NCBI GenBank assembly: GCA_963850905.1
Contig: CAWKMU010000004.1
Location: 649,698 to 713,697 of the forward strand
Direction of reading: 5' to 3'
From: an uncultured Gemmatimonadales bacterium
GTDB taxonomy: Bacteria; Gemmatimonadota; Gemmatimonadetes; Gemmatimonadales; Gemmatimonadaceae
DNA length: 64,000 nucleotides
Positions 10,319 to 20,395 of this stretch are shown here, in pieces (position 1 is the stretch's first letter; the number at the start of each line of letters is the position of its first letter). Under the pieces are notes generated by a model. The model had not been told where the DNA came from. It made no database searches and was given only the letters and a program-made list of their open reading frames with translations. The translations under genes and the position numbers were made by a program.

Positions 10319-10380
10319 TCGGGGCTGCGTTGTTCGTTGTCGCTCCTCTCTATTGTGGCCCGCTGTGCGGGCCACAATCG
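10319..10380 (-). repeat. Copy A of the tRNA-Ile 3'-flank hairpin element
   Basis: 12-bp perfect stem attgtggcccgc-tgt-gcgggccacaat (10352-10378) with flank tcggggc..cgttgtt..tcgctcctctct matching 63135-63217. Confidence 0.75.
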
Positions 10381-11337
10381 TCACGCGCCGACAGCTAGAA
10401 GAGGATCACTCTTGTTGATCGCTAACGACGAGACGATAAAAAGAACCACGCCATCGCCCGGACTGACTGCTGTCTGGAGCACGCCCCCTTCGCAGTCCTT
10501 CACGCAGCCGAGGTTCTGACCGGTCTTTACGGCTTCATTCACCGCAACCGCCGGATACCAAAAGCCCGCATGGTCGCTGCGCAACCACATAAACCGTTCG
10601 AGCAGGGTGAACGGCACGGGCTCTGGAGCGCCGCCTGGAATCATCTTGAGGTAGCGCATGAGACGGTTGAGACCATTCGCATGCCATCGCACATCCTCGG
10701 GTGTCCAAATTCCCTGTCCGCCGGATTCCGTCAGGATGGATGGAATGCCTGCGACCGAAGCGGCGCGCACCGTCGACCCCAGCACCTCGCTGCCTACTAG
10801 AAAATGAATGCCGAAGATCTTGGCCATTTCCAGCGACATTTCATCGACATGGTTGTCGCCGGTGCGGGAGAAGATCGTGAACGGAACCAGCGCTTCGATC
10901 AAATCGCCGCCGTGCAAGTCCACATAACAAGTGGCCTGCCTGATGACGTTGCTGAACAGCCAATCGGCAATTTGTTCAGAGGCAGTGCCGTGCGGATTGC
11001 CCGGAAACACGCGATTCGGATTCTTGCCGTCGAGCGGACAGACGTAAATGGAACGCGCGGGAAACGCAGGCATATCCACGACCGGCACCACAATCACGCG
11101 CCCGCAAAGGCTTGCCGGATCGAGAGAGCGTCCTAGGTCGAGCGCCGCGGCGATACTGGCGTACTCCGCCGCGTGGACGCCGGCTGTCACCACGAGCGTC
11201 GGCCCTTCCCCGGCTCCATTGATGAGCCACATCGGAAGCCGGTACGGCCCGTCCTGCACCACAAATTCGTTGACGCCGTAACGTTTTTCCCCATGTCCGG
11301 CTGAAAGCGTACCGACGGTTAACACGTTCTTTGACAT
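10381..11337 (-). CDS. Succinylglutamate desuccinylase/aspartoacylase (M14-like) family protein
   Basis: AGVHAAEY, NPNRVFPG, DLHGGD zinc motifs; C-terminal hairpin domain; GAGGA RBS. Confidence 0.85.
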   Translation of the reverse strand: MSKNVLTVGTLSAGHGEKRYGVNEFVVQDGPYRLPMWLINGAGEGPTLVVTAGVHAAEYASIAAALDLGRSLDPASLCGRVIVVPVVDMPAFPARSIYVCPLDGKNPNRVFPGNPHGTASEQIADWLFSNVIRQATCYVDLHGGDLIEALVPFTIFSRTGDNHVDEMSLEMAKIFGIHFLVGSEVLGSTVRAASVAGIPSILTESGGQGIWTPEDVRWHANGLNRLMRYLKMIPGGAPEPVPFTLLERFMWLRSDHAGFWYPAVAVNEAVKTGQNLGCVKDCEGGVLQTAVSPGDGVVLFIVSSLAINKSDPLLAVGA

Positions 11338-11348
11338 CGTCGTGTTCC

Positions 11349-12701
11349 TCACCGTGCTCGATCAACGGCTAAGCTTCGTGAAGGAGTTGATGGCTCCGGC
11401 AATCGGCTGCGCTCAATCGTTATCGTTTCGAGCCCGTGCGGCGACGGCCCCGTTTCGACACGCCACAACACGTAGGCGACGAACACGGCGAGCACCGCTA
11501 TCCCGGTGAATGTGTACATGCTGGTATCGTAGCCTGCTGCGTTTGCGGCACTTGCCAGCCAGTGGTCGTTGGTCCAGCCGATCAGCAAGTTGATAATGAC
11601 CAGACCGAGCTGCTGCACCGAGTCCAACATTCCGTTGGCCAACCCCAGCCGCGGCCTGTCGACAACATACACAAGCGCCGGCCACATGACCGCCGGCACC
11701 AGCGCGAACGCCACACCCATCATGGCCATGGGGATGATAGGCTGGATGTTCGTGAACCCCAGTATGGGAAACGCCGGTACGAGTAGCAACGACCCAAACA
11801 TCATGAGCAGTGACCGGTGTCCGTACCGGTCGGCGAGTAGGCCGAAGACCGGCATGCCGATCAGCGAGAAAAAAGGTTCCATGCCCACCAGTAGAGATGC
11901 GGTTTGCGGTGAGACATGCCGAGCCTCGATCAGGAATTTCTGCCCGAAGGTTTCAAACGGGAAAATGCAACCGTAGAAGGTGAAACACAGCGCCGCAATC
12001 AGCCAGAATGAGCGATTAAAGCGGAACACTTCGCTCAAGGGGACCTTCGTCGTTCGGGCGCGATGTCCCAAAGTGAACCGCCGTTCACCGCGGGCATCGA
12101 GAATCCAGTAGACCGCAGCGCCGAGCAGGCAGAGTCCGCCAAAGGCCACGCCAAGAAGAAGAGGCCAGCGCCAATGAGTGTATGCGCGCGGCAACCAAGC
12201 CGGAGAGACTTGCGCGGTCAGCGAGCCCAATCGCCCAGCTGACGCGCGGACACCGAAGGCCAGACTCATTTCACTTGCGTAAAACCACCGCGCCACGGCG
12301 ACATTCGCCGCGATTGCGAGGGCCTCACCCCCCGAGCCGACGAGCAGACGGCCAACGGCCATGACAGCCAAACGAGGGCTCAGGGCCGTGATAACCAACC
12401 CAATGAACGTGAAGATGCCGAAAATCGACAGCGACTTCCGCGTTCCAATCCGGTCAACGATGACACCGCAGGCCAGCGCCATGACGATGTTGGGGAAGCT
12501 GTAGATGGCCTGCAGCAGGCCAATATCCGCGTTCGAAAAGTGGAGTTGGCGACTGAGCAGCGGCGCGAGCGGCCCGATGTAATCGAACGCGTAATAGCCG
12601 CCGTAACAGGCAATGCCAATCGCCACGAGGACAACCCAGCGCGAGGCACGCGATGGCTCGGGCTTCTGACGCACTTCCGCTTCGATCAAGGCGGCGCTCA
12701 T
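11349..12701 (-). CDS. MFS transporter (MFSD1-like)
   Basis: About 12 TM segments, GVIVDRIG and GLLADRYG motifs; overlaps the downstream deacylase ORF. Confidence 0.8.
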   Translation of the reverse strand: MSAALIEAEVRQKPEPSRASRWVVLVAIGIACYGGYYAFDYIGPLAPLLSRQLHFSNADIGLLQAIYSFPNIVMALACGVIVDRIGTRKSLSIFGIFTFIGLVITALSPRLAVMAVGRLLVGSGGEALAIAANVAVARWFYASEMSLAFGVRASAGRLGSLTAQVSPAWLPRAYTHWRWPLLLGVAFGGLCLLGAAVYWILDARGERRFTLGHRARTTKVPLSEVFRFNRSFWLIAALCFTFYGCIFPFETFGQKFLIEARHVSPQTASLLVGMEPFFSLIGMPVFGLLADRYGHRSLLMMFGSLLLVPAFPILGFTNIQPIIPMAMMGVAFALVPAVMWPALVYVVDRPRLGLANGMLDSVQQLGLVIINLLIGWTNDHWLASAANAAGYDTSMYTFTGIAVLAVFVAYVLWRVETGPSPHGLETITIERSRLPEPSTPSRSLAVDRAR

Positions 12702-12874
12702 TCTGAGGCGCGTATCGAGATGAGCGTCTCCACGCCTAGAGCATGACTATTTTGCTACCGCTCCGCAATGCTGACAGGGGGTGCGTGCTTGATCAACCCC
12801 TTTGCGCGCGCGCGACATCCGCGGCGGAGATGCCTTCCAATGCAAGGCCGTAGCCGACGCTTTCGTCGACGCCC

Positions 12875-13275
12875 TCAACCCTTGTTGATCTGGCGCACCT
12901 CTGGCAAGCGCCGCACGTCAGCCACGAAGCGCGCGAGCAACGGAGACCTGTTGTCCGTTCTCCAGGCGAGAGCCAGCAACTCCGGCGCGTTCAAATCAGC
13001 AACGGACATGATGACAACACTCGTTGGACGCCGCCAACGTGCCGTTCCAAGGACCCATCCAACCCCCAAGCCGGTCGCAACCAGACTGAGGATTGTGGCC
13101 TCGTCTAGTCCCTCCTGAACGACATGGGGGGACTTCAAGCCACCGCGAAGGCATGCCTGCGCTAGGCGGTCGTATAGCGCCGGCACTGCCCGTCTAGGAA
13201 AAGCGACAAACGGTGCGCCGACGAGGTCACGTAGGCGGAGTTCCTTGAGCTTGGTTAGAGGATGTCCTCTCGGGT
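12875..13275 (-). pseudogene. LysR substrate-binding domain C-terminal fragment
   Basis: PRGHPLTKLKELRLRDLVGAPFVAFPR...ILSLVATGLGVGWV...LALAWR; no HTH and no proper start. Confidence 0.75.
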
Positions 13276-13474
13276 CATCGGCGGGAAGCCGATCGCATTG
13301 GCCGAATTAGAACGCGATGACCGCAGCAAGCGGAGCGGCTGGGCACACTACTGCGTCAGCACGGCATAAGCTGTGCTGACGCCATCGTGTCTTCACTCGG
13401 CCTGACCGGTAAGCACCCATCTCAACGGTCGACCATCATGAGGCAAGCATCCGCGTACCTGACTCGCAACTAAA

Positions 13475-14446
13475 ATGACGATGCGCTCGTTCGCCGTCGA
13501 GCATTTTGGCGAAGCACCGGCGATCCACGCCCTACCGATCCCCGCCGCCGACGGCGCGTTCCTGATACGGGTGACGTACGCTGGGGTAAATCCGGTCGAC
13601 TACAAGAATCTCGACCACTTGACCGCCGCGTCGAGGTATCCATACGTCATGGGCGTCGACTTCGCCGGTGTCGTCGAACGCGTGCCGGTAGGAGCAGGGG
13701 ACGTCCACATCGGGGACCGTGTCCTCGGTCTGGCCCGCACACGCGGCTCGTACGCCGAGTACACCGCCGTCGCACCGGGTGTGAAGATAGAACCACTGGC
13801 CGGTATCCCCGACGGCGTCACTGACGAACAGGCGGCCGCGCTCCCGATGGCAGGAATAACTGCGCTGGGGTCGCTCGAACTATTGGGTATTGGTGCCGGA
13901 CAGCGCCTCGTCGTGATGGGCGCGACGGGCGGCGTCGGCGGCTACGCCGTGCAGATCGCACGCTCCCGCAAGGCGCACGTCATCGCGACTGTTCGTGGCG
14001 ACGTGGACGAAGCACGCCGGCTCGGCGCCGACGAAGTCTACGATACCAAAGTGGTCGACGTCATCGACGCGCTGCGGTCGACGCATCCCGAAGGCGTGGA
14101 CGCGGTCCTCGATCTCGTCAACGACTCGGACGCAATCCGCCGGGACGCTGAGATTCTCAAGTCCGGTGGAACCCTCGTCTCGGCCGTGATGGCGGCGGAC
14201 AGAGACTGGTTCGCCGGGCGTCACATTACGGCGCACAACATTGGCTCGAGCTCGCCGACCGATACCTCATTGGTCACGGCGAATCCCGCATCATCTCCGC
14301 AAGGGCTGACCCAGCTTGCGCGCATGGTCCACGACGGGACGATCACTGCGCGCATTGGCTCCGTGGTTGCATTGGAAGCCGCGGGTCAACTGCTCGCACA
14401 GCTTCGCACAGGCGGCATCCGCGGCAAGGCCATCATCCGCCTCTAA
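13475..14446 (+). CDS. NADP-dependent oxidoreductase (MDR/quinone reductase-like)
   Basis: AGVNPVD, GVDFAGVV, GATGGVG motifs. Confidence 0.9.
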   Translation: MTMRSFAVEHFGEAPAIHALPIPAADGAFLIRVTYAGVNPVDYKNLDHLTAASRYPYVMGVDFAGVVERVPVGAGDVHIGDRVLGLARTRGSYAEYTAVAPGVKIEPLAGIPDGVTDEQAAALPMAGITALGSLELLGIGAGQRLVVMGATGGVGGYAVQIARSRKAHVIATVRGDVDEARRLGADEVYDTKVVDVIDALRSTHPEGVDAVLDLVNDSDAIRRDAEILKSGGTLVSAVMAADRDWFAGRHITAHNIGSSSPTDTSLVTANPASSPQGLTQLARMVHDGTITARIGSVVALEAAGQLLAQLRTGGIRGKAIIRL

Positions 14447-14496
14447 GGCAGGCTAGCCACCACGATCGGACTCCGTGGCGAGGTCCACGGGCACCC

Positions 14497-14558
14497 TTGA
14501 CAAGGGCGTGGCGATTGCTGTATATAACTAACAGGTTGTAGAATCTATGGGTTATATA
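14497..14558 (+). promoter_or_regulatory. Sigma70-like promoter with probable ArsR operator
   Basis: TTGACA (14497-14502), 18 nt, TATATA; inverted repeat TATATAAC (14521-14528) ... GTTATATA (14551-14558) abutting the ArsR start. Confidence 0.6.
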
Positions 14559-14914
14559 TGACATTGTCTGACCGTTTGGATATCACATTCGCGGCGCTGG
14601 CCGATCCGACTCGGCGGGCGATTCTGGCGAAGCTAGCCTCTGGCGAGGCGTCCGTCAGCGAGCTGGCTCGACCGTTCGCGATGAGCCAGCCCGCGATCTC
14701 GAAGCATCTCAAGGTCCTCGAGCGTGCCGGGCTCGTCTCTGGTGCGCGCGACGCGCAACGCCGGCCGCGGCGCCTCGAAGGCGGTCGACTTGCAGAAGCT
14801 GCGCAATGGCTCGAGGGATATAGAAAGTTCTGGGAAGGTCGATTCCGCGAGTTGGACCTGGTTCTTGAGGAGCTCAAGGCCGCCGAGAAACGGCGGAAGC
14901 GTACGAAGCCCTAG
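14558..14914 (+). CDS. ArsR/SmtB family transcriptional regulator
   Basis: FAALADPTRRAIL...SQPAISKHLKVLERAGL. Confidence 0.92.
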   Translation: MTLSDRLDITFAALADPTRRAILAKLASGEASVSELARPFAMSQPAISKHLKVLERAGLVSGARDAQRRPRRLEGGRLAEAAQWLEGYRKFWEGRFRELDLVLEELKAAEKRRKRTKP

Positions 14915-14926
14915 CGAGGAGAAACG

Positions 14927-15484
14927 ATGGCGACGATTGGCAAGCTTACGGTGACAACGCAAGGCGAGCGGGAGGTCGCGATCACACGAGAGTTCGACGC
15001 GCCCCGTCACCTGGTGTTCGAGGCGCTGACCACGCCTGAATTGCTCAGGCGATGGCTGATTGGACCACCCGGTTGGGCCATGACCGAGTGCGAGGTCAAT
15101 GCAAGGGTAGGAGGTGCCTACCGGTACGCATGGCGCCACACGGACGGTTCGGCTATGGGGATGCGCGGCATCTGCACAGAGGTGGTTCCACCCGAGTTGC
15201 TCGTTGCGAAAGAGCGTTTCGATGAGGCGTGGTTCGAGCGTGCGCGTGGGGTGCAAGACGCAAAGCTCCTCGACAGTCTCCGCCCGGGTCTTGAACGCTT
15301 CGATCCCGGGGAAACAGTCGTGTCCCAAAGGCTTGCCGAGCGCGGCGGCAAGACCACGCTCAACATGACGATCCGGTACGACTCGCCGGAGACGCGCGAC
15401 ATGGCCTTGAAGACGCCGATGGCGAGGGGGATGGAAGCCGGGTATGGGAAGTTGGATGAGCTGCTTGCAGGGGTCAAAGTGTGA
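14927..15484 (+). CDS. SRPBCC/AHA1-like domain protein
   Basis: ITREFDAPRHLVFEALTTPELLRRW, VGGAYRYAW; usual partner of this ArsR type. Confidence 0.88.
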   Translation: MATIGKLTVTTQGEREVAITREFDAPRHLVFEALTTPELLRRWLIGPPGWAMTECEVNARVGGAYRYAWRHTDGSAMGMRGICTEVVPPELLVAKERFDEAWFERARGVQDAKLLDSLRPGLERFDPGETVVSQRLAERGGKTTLNMTIRYDSPETRDMALKTPMARGMEAGYGKLDELLAGVKV

Positions 15485-15606
15485 TGCTCGACGTTGGACG
15501 TTAGATGTTGAACATTGGACGTTGAATGTTTACCCGGTCCGAGGGTCAGCCACATCGACAGTGGTTGGCCCTCGAGCTTGCTCTCCAACGTCTAGCGTCA
15601 AACGTG
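15483..15606. repeat. Heptamer-armed long hairpin (GACGTTG-like x7, inner stem, inverted x3)
   Basis: Units gatgctc gacgttg gacgtta gatgttg aacattg gacgttg aatgttt; stem cgagggtcagccac/gtggttggccctcg; inverted units caacgtc tagcgtc aaacgtg. Confidence 0.8.
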
Positions 15607-15692
15607 TCAGAATCGGTTCCGGGCAACGCGGTGCGCCTCTCAGGCAGCGTGGCGGCCGCCGGCGCAAACCATCTAGTAGAGAGAGACTCGCC

Positions 15693-16301
15693 ATGAGAAA
15701 GATCAGGATCTGCGAACACATCTCGCTGGACGGCGTGATCTCGCCCGGCGGACGGGGCGAAGACAGCGACTTCGCGCATGGCGGATGGTCGGCACCGTAT
15801 CGAACTGCGGCCGGGGCAGAGGCCCTCGCCGAGGCACAGGGCAGGAGCTTCGATCTGCTGCTTGGCCGCCGCACCTACGATCTCTGGGCCGGCTTCTGGC
15901 CGAAGGTCAAGAGCGGTCCGTTCGCGGACGGTCTGAACGCCGCGACGAAATACGTCGCGACCCACAGGCCGGACAGCCTCGGATGGGGTCCGGTCGGGGA
16001 CCTGGGCGCGGACATCATGGAGGGTGTTCGCGGCGTCAAGTCAAAGGACGGCCCCGACCTGATCGTCTGGGGAAGTTCGACGCTGACGTCCGTGCTGCTC
16101 GAGCAGGGACTGGTCGACGAGGTTGTGCTGATCGTCTACCCGGTCTTGCTGGGCCGGGGCAAACGCTTCTTTTCGGACAGTGCCGACCCGCGCGAACTCG
16201 CTCTCGTCAGCACGAAGGCCACGCCCACGGGCGTGCTCATCAACACGTATCGACACGTTGGATCGCTGCGAAGCGAACCTGTCGCCGACGCGAGGCGTTG
16301 A
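15693..16301 (+). CDS. Dihydrofolate reductase-like (RibD C-terminal domain) protein
   Basis: ISLDGVI, LLLGRRTY, WGSSTL, LVDEVVLIVYPVLLGRGKRFF. Confidence 0.9.
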   Translation: MRKIRICEHISLDGVISPGGRGEDSDFAHGGWSAPYRTAAGAEALAEAQGRSFDLLLGRRTYDLWAGFWPKVKSGPFADGLNAATKYVATHRPDSLGWGPVGDLGADIMEGVRGVKSKDGPDLIVWGSSTLTSVLLEQGLVDEVVLIVYPVLLGRGKRFFSDSADPRELALVSTKATPTGVLINTYRHVGSLRSEPVADARR

Positions 16302-16356
16302 GCGGGCGCCCAAGTCGCGTAGGTTTGTTCGTCGATCGAGTCGGCGGTGCGCGAAC

Positions 16357-17619
16357 TCAGTCTCGCAATGCCCGCGCGCGGTCGAGGAGAAGGGTGCGTT
16401 CGCGCGCGTTCCGCGTCAGTGACGCTGCGCGCAGAAACTCCTGCTGGGCCTCTTCGCGGCGCCCCAACTTGGCGAGTAGGTCGCCGCGGACGCTGGGCAG
16501 CAGATGATAGTTGGCGAGTGAGGGCTCGGTGCTGAGGGCGTCGACCAGCTCCAGTCCCGTGGCCGGTCCAAACGCCATCCCAGCCGCGACCGCACGGTTG
16601 AGCTCCACTACCGGATTGGGCGTCACCTGTGCCAGCACATCGTAGAGTGCGACGATCCGGGGCCAGTCCGTTTCGCCGGGTGTCCCTGCCCTGGCGTGGC
16701 AGGCAGCGATCTCCGCCTGCAGCACGTACGGTCCACGTGGACGGTCGAGAGCCGATGCGCGCGCGAGCGCCGCCAACCCGCGGCGGATGAGCATCTGATC
16801 CCATCGACCGCGATCCTGGTCGAGCAGGAGAATCGGCTCCCCTTTCGGTCCGACTCGGGCCGCCGCGCGCGACGCCTGGATCTCCATCAACGCGACCAGT
16901 CCGTGCACCTCTGGCTCGCGCGGCAGAAGCTCCGCCAGCACGCGCCCTACCCGCAGCGCATCCTCGCACAGCGCTGGACGCATCCAGTCATCGCCCATGG
17001 TGGCCGAGTAGCCCTCGTTGAAGATGAGGTAGATCACCTCCAGCACGGATGAGAGCCGCATCGCCATCTCGTCGCCCCGCGGTACCTCGAACGACACGCG
17101 CGCCTCGCGCAGCGCACGTTTGGCCCGCACGATCCGTTGGGCGATCGTCGCCTCGGACGTGAGATACGCCCGCGCGATTTCCTCGGTCGTGAGTCCGCCC
17201 AGAAGACGGAGTGTGAGCGCTACGCGCGCCTCGCTCGATAACACGGGATGACAGGCGGTGAAGATGAGACGCAAAAGGTCATCCCCAATGTGATCGTCCA
17301 ATCGTTCATCGAGGTCCGGCGACGCGCCTTCGAGCTGCGATTCGAGCGTCGCATCGAGCGCGTCGTGTGTCCGATCGATTCGGGATGTCCGCCGCAGGGA
17401 GTCGATCGCGCGGTGCTTCGCCGTGGCCATGAGCCAGGCCCCGGGACTGTCCGGGATGCCGACCTCCGGCCAGCGCTCGAGCGCGGCGACGAGAGCATCC
17501 TGCGCGAGATCCTCAGCGATCCCGACGTCGCGCACGATCCTGGCGAGCCCGGCAATCAGTCGCGCCGACTCGATCCGCCAGACCGCCTCGATCGTGCGCC
17601 GAACGTCGGGTGTCGTCAC
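16357..17619 (-). CDS. ECF42-type RNA polymerase sigma factor with C-terminal TPR-like extension
   Basis: AEDLAQDALVAALERWP, DDLLRLIFTACHP, YLIFNEGY, TDWPRIVALY; GTGA overlap with YciI. Confidence 0.88.
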   Translation of the reverse strand: MTTPDVRRTIEAVWRIESARLIAGLARIVRDVGIAEDLAQDALVAALERWPEVGIPDSPGAWLMATAKHRAIDSLRRTSRIDRTHDALDATLESQLEGASPDLDERLDDHIGDDLLRLIFTACHPVLSSEARVALTLRLLGGLTTEEIARAYLTSEATIAQRIVRAKRALREARVSFEVPRGDEMAMRLSSVLEVIYLIFNEGYSATMGDDWMRPALCEDALRVGRVLAELLPREPEVHGLVALMEIQASRAAARVGPKGEPILLLDQDRGRWDQMLIRRGLAALARASALDRPRGPYVLQAEIAACHARAGTPGETDWPRIVALYDVLAQVTPNPVVELNRAVAAGMAFGPATGLELVDALSTEPSLANYHLLPSVRGDLLAKLGRREEAQQEFLRAASLTRNARERTLLLDRARALRD

Positions 17620-18047
17620 ACTCCCCGAGCGGCAGGTCTCTGAGCCTCCAGCCCTTCTACCTGCGCTACCAGCTCGGGCGTCATATCGGCTCCGAAGTCC
17701 TCGGGCCCGATTACCTGCCGGATCTCGATCTCGATGTCCTCCGCCCACACATTGGGAACGCGCTTGAACCACTCGATCGCCTCCTCCTTCGACTTGGCCT
17801 GAATCAGCCAAAATCCGGCGACGAGCTCCTTCGTCTCGGTGAACGGCCCATCGATGACCGTCCGCTTCTTCCCCGAGATCCGAATACGCGCACCCTTCGA
17901 GCTCGGGTGCAGCCCCTGGGCGTCCAGCAGCACTCCGGCCTTCACCAGCTCTTCGTGGAAGTTGACCATTGTCGTTATCTGGTCGGTCGTCGGCGGCACG
18001 CCGGCCTCGCTGTCCTTCGTGGCTTTCTGAATTATCATGAATTGCAT
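17616..18047 (-). CDS. YciI/DGPF family protein
   Basis: GLHPSSKGARI, DGPFTETKELVAGFW. Confidence 0.92.
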   Translation of the reverse strand: MQFMIIQKATKDSEAGVPPTTDQITTMVNFHEELVKAGVLLDAQGLHPSSKGARIRISGKKRTVIDGPFTETKELVAGFWLIQAKSKEEAIEWFKRVPNVWAEDIEIEIRQVIGPEDFGADMTPELVAQVEGLEAQRPAARGV

Positions 18048-18106
18048 GGTCCGAATCCTCAGCTAGGGTCAGAGATCGGGGATCGGAAGCGCCCCCGTAT
18101 AGTGGC

Positions 18107-18134
18107 GTCGAACGAGGGGGGCGGGAATCGACGG
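18107..18134 (-). promoter_or_regulatory. Putative ECF42 promoter
   Basis: Minus strand cGTCGAtt...cgttCGAC; conserved with 63307-63333. Confidence 0.6.
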
Positions 18135-18486
18135 GCGAACAGCAACTGGGCTTGCGGCGGACAGCTGATGTCGCTAACCGTAGCCGTGATCGACATTTAC
18201 CCCGCACGTGACTCAACAATGCCGCAGGCCGACGCCTCTAGCTCTGAAACTGAAGCCCGCGCGGCCGCCCACCCACAACACGAAGAGATACGTCGCCCTT
18301 ATCGAGCCTTCCGAGTTCGATTGGAGCCAAGCCAAGGTGAGTTGCGAGGGCCGCGACAGTCGCGCTGGCATCCGCGTCGTTATTCGATACCGTGGGCGCC
18401 CATCGGTTGTGTCCCATCTCATCCCGCTTTCGCGATCGCGATGGTCGAACGACGAGTTTGTCACTAGCTCAACACTCGCGACGGCC

Positions 18487-19692
18487 TCACTCGGAGTAGT
18501 CCACCGGGAACTCGTGCGTCGCGTCGTTGTAGAGGATACCGATCAACGGAATGCCAGGCTCGGCCGTCGCGTCTGAGCGACGAGCCATGACCTCGCCGGC
18601 CACCCCGCTCGTGTATTCCGCCACCACTTCGCCAAACGTATTGCGCTGGATGGCAACCTTCTGCCCAACGTTGACCTTGTCCTTCAGCTTGACCAGAAGC
18701 TCCACGAATCCGCCATGCGTTGCCAGGATGGTGTGCCCGCTGTTGGCGATGAAGATGTCCGTGTCCTTCCCGGTGCGGCCGATCTGACCGGAGATAATCC
18801 CGTGGTGCTTGAGCACATTCATCGTGCCTTCCACGAACAACGGGATCATGTTGAGGTCCAGGATGCGCGAAGCGCCAATCTCGGGCGTGAGTGCCGGGAT
18901 GCCCACTTTGATGAATGCGTTCGCGAGCAGCGTGGGATAGGCGGCATTGTCGAAGATCTGGTCGATGGGAAAGAGCTCCGCCATCGCCCGCACCTCAGGC
19001 AACTCCATCCGGGCGAGATTGAACGCGGTCACATCCATACCCGTCGTCCCGGTATGAAAATCCAGGGCGTAATCGGCGTTCGGTCGGAAGAGTTTGTTGA
19101 ACAGGATCCCAGCGTGCCGGCTGGCAGCGCTGGCACCATTCTCATTTCCGGGCCATTCGCGGTTGATGTCGATGAGGTCGATTCCTCTTCCTGAATTCGG
19201 CCATCTGCGCGCCATGCCTTCCAGCGCCGGACGGGATACGTCAGGGACCGCCAGTACCGTACCCGACATCTGGGCCGGATCGAGCTGGCTCATGACGGTT
19301 TGTATCGTGTGCACCGGACTGATCTCATCGCCGTGCACACCACTGGTGAGAGCGATGCGCTTACCCGGCTTCGTCCCCACGGCGACGATCACCGATACAT
19401 ACCAGTGCTGCCCCGTGGGCATTTGCACACCCTCGAAGTAGAACGCGTGCTTCTTGCCACGTTCCAGATCATTCACGTCAAGCACGCTGATGACTTTCTT
19501 TCCCTGAATCACATCGCCGGTATAGACCGTTCGTTGTGGTGCAGCCGGTGCCGGGCCAACAGGCGGCGCTTTCGCGTCCTGGGTATTCGCGGTGCCGGCA
19601 CTATTCGCAAAAATGGCCGACGTGCCAACCAGGCCGATAGCTGCAATCATGAAGTCGCGGCGATCGAGGCCCTCCTTTTGTTCGTTCGGCAT
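18487..19692 (-). CDS. Tat-exported succinylglutamate desuccinylase/aspartoacylase family protein
   Basis: DRRDF Tat motif; SGVHGDE, DINREWPG, DFHTG. Confidence 0.85.
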   Translation of the reverse strand: MPNEQKEGLDRRDFMIAAIGLVGTSAIFANSAGTANTQDAKAPPVGPAPAAPQRTVYTGDVIQGKKVISVLDVNDLERGKKHAFYFEGVQMPTGQHWYVSVIVAVGTKPGKRIALTSGVHGDEISPVHTIQTVMSQLDPAQMSGTVLAVPDVSRPALEGMARRWPNSGRGIDLIDINREWPGNENGASAASRHAGILFNKLFRPNADYALDFHTGTTGMDVTAFNLARMELPEVRAMAELFPIDQIFDNAAYPTLLANAFIKVGIPALTPEIGASRILDLNMIPLFVEGTMNVLKHHGIISGQIGRTGKDTDIFIANSGHTILATHGGFVELLVKLKDKVNVGQKVAIQRNTFGEVVAEYTSGVAGEVMARRSDATAEPGIPLIGILYNDATHEFPVDYSE

Positions 19693-20395
19693 GGCGCAGG
19701 CTCCGTACGTTACGTACGAGTCAGGGATCTGGTCCCTGCCGTCGCGAAGTCAAAGAACGTCGCCTGGTGACGCAGCACGGCTCACGGCTATTCCTCCCGA
19801 TCACGTCACCCGGAAGCACTACTCGATCAAAGCAGCCGGGCCATTTAGGTGCCATTCGACCTAAGTCGCCACTAACCGGAACGCTGTGAATGGCCACGCA
19901 GAAGTGACGAGACGATGGCCGCGCCTTCTGGGCGCCAGCTCGCACGTGGTGCAGGGACTCTTGGGCCCCGCGGAAGAACCGCCTCTGACGCAGCTCTTGC
20001 TCTACAGATTGCCCAATCACGGAAGGACCCGGCAGCCACCATCGAGGTAGGGAGCGTCGCCTTCTTCTCCACACGTGCCGTGAAGTCGTCGGGCACTGTA
20101 TGGCGACAGGTCGCAGCATTCGAGAATGGCGCTCAGGTCGTGGGAAACAAGTTCCATGCAACGAGTGGAAGGTCTCTCCGTTCAGAACGGGCTTGCCCGT
20201 ACCCATCGACACTGCATAGCCGACGGCTATCGACTCCAGCGAAACGAAATATTGGAACAGATGATGCGAGCACCGTACGATCGGTTTTCCCACGCGCGAT
20301 GGCACGCGCCCCGCGCGCGAGAACTACCATCGCGACCGCGATGAATGCCGTCGCGTAGGCCTTTCAGACACATCCTCCAGAGCAAGGAGCCGCAG

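Noticed and set aside
15483..15606. CRISPR array
   Set aside because: 7-nt tandem units without spacers; no cas genes
17620..18219. Apparent 200-aa N-terminal extension of the sigma factor
   Set aside because: Overlaps YciI in another frame; GTG 17619 fits translational coupling
18208..18576. 122-aa plus-strand ORF
   Set aside because: No family motif, and it overlaps the deacylase 3' end
19700..20340. ORFs or ncRNA in the long intergenic stretch
   Set aside because: No recognisable motif, RBS or convincing structure; may be decayed coding DNA
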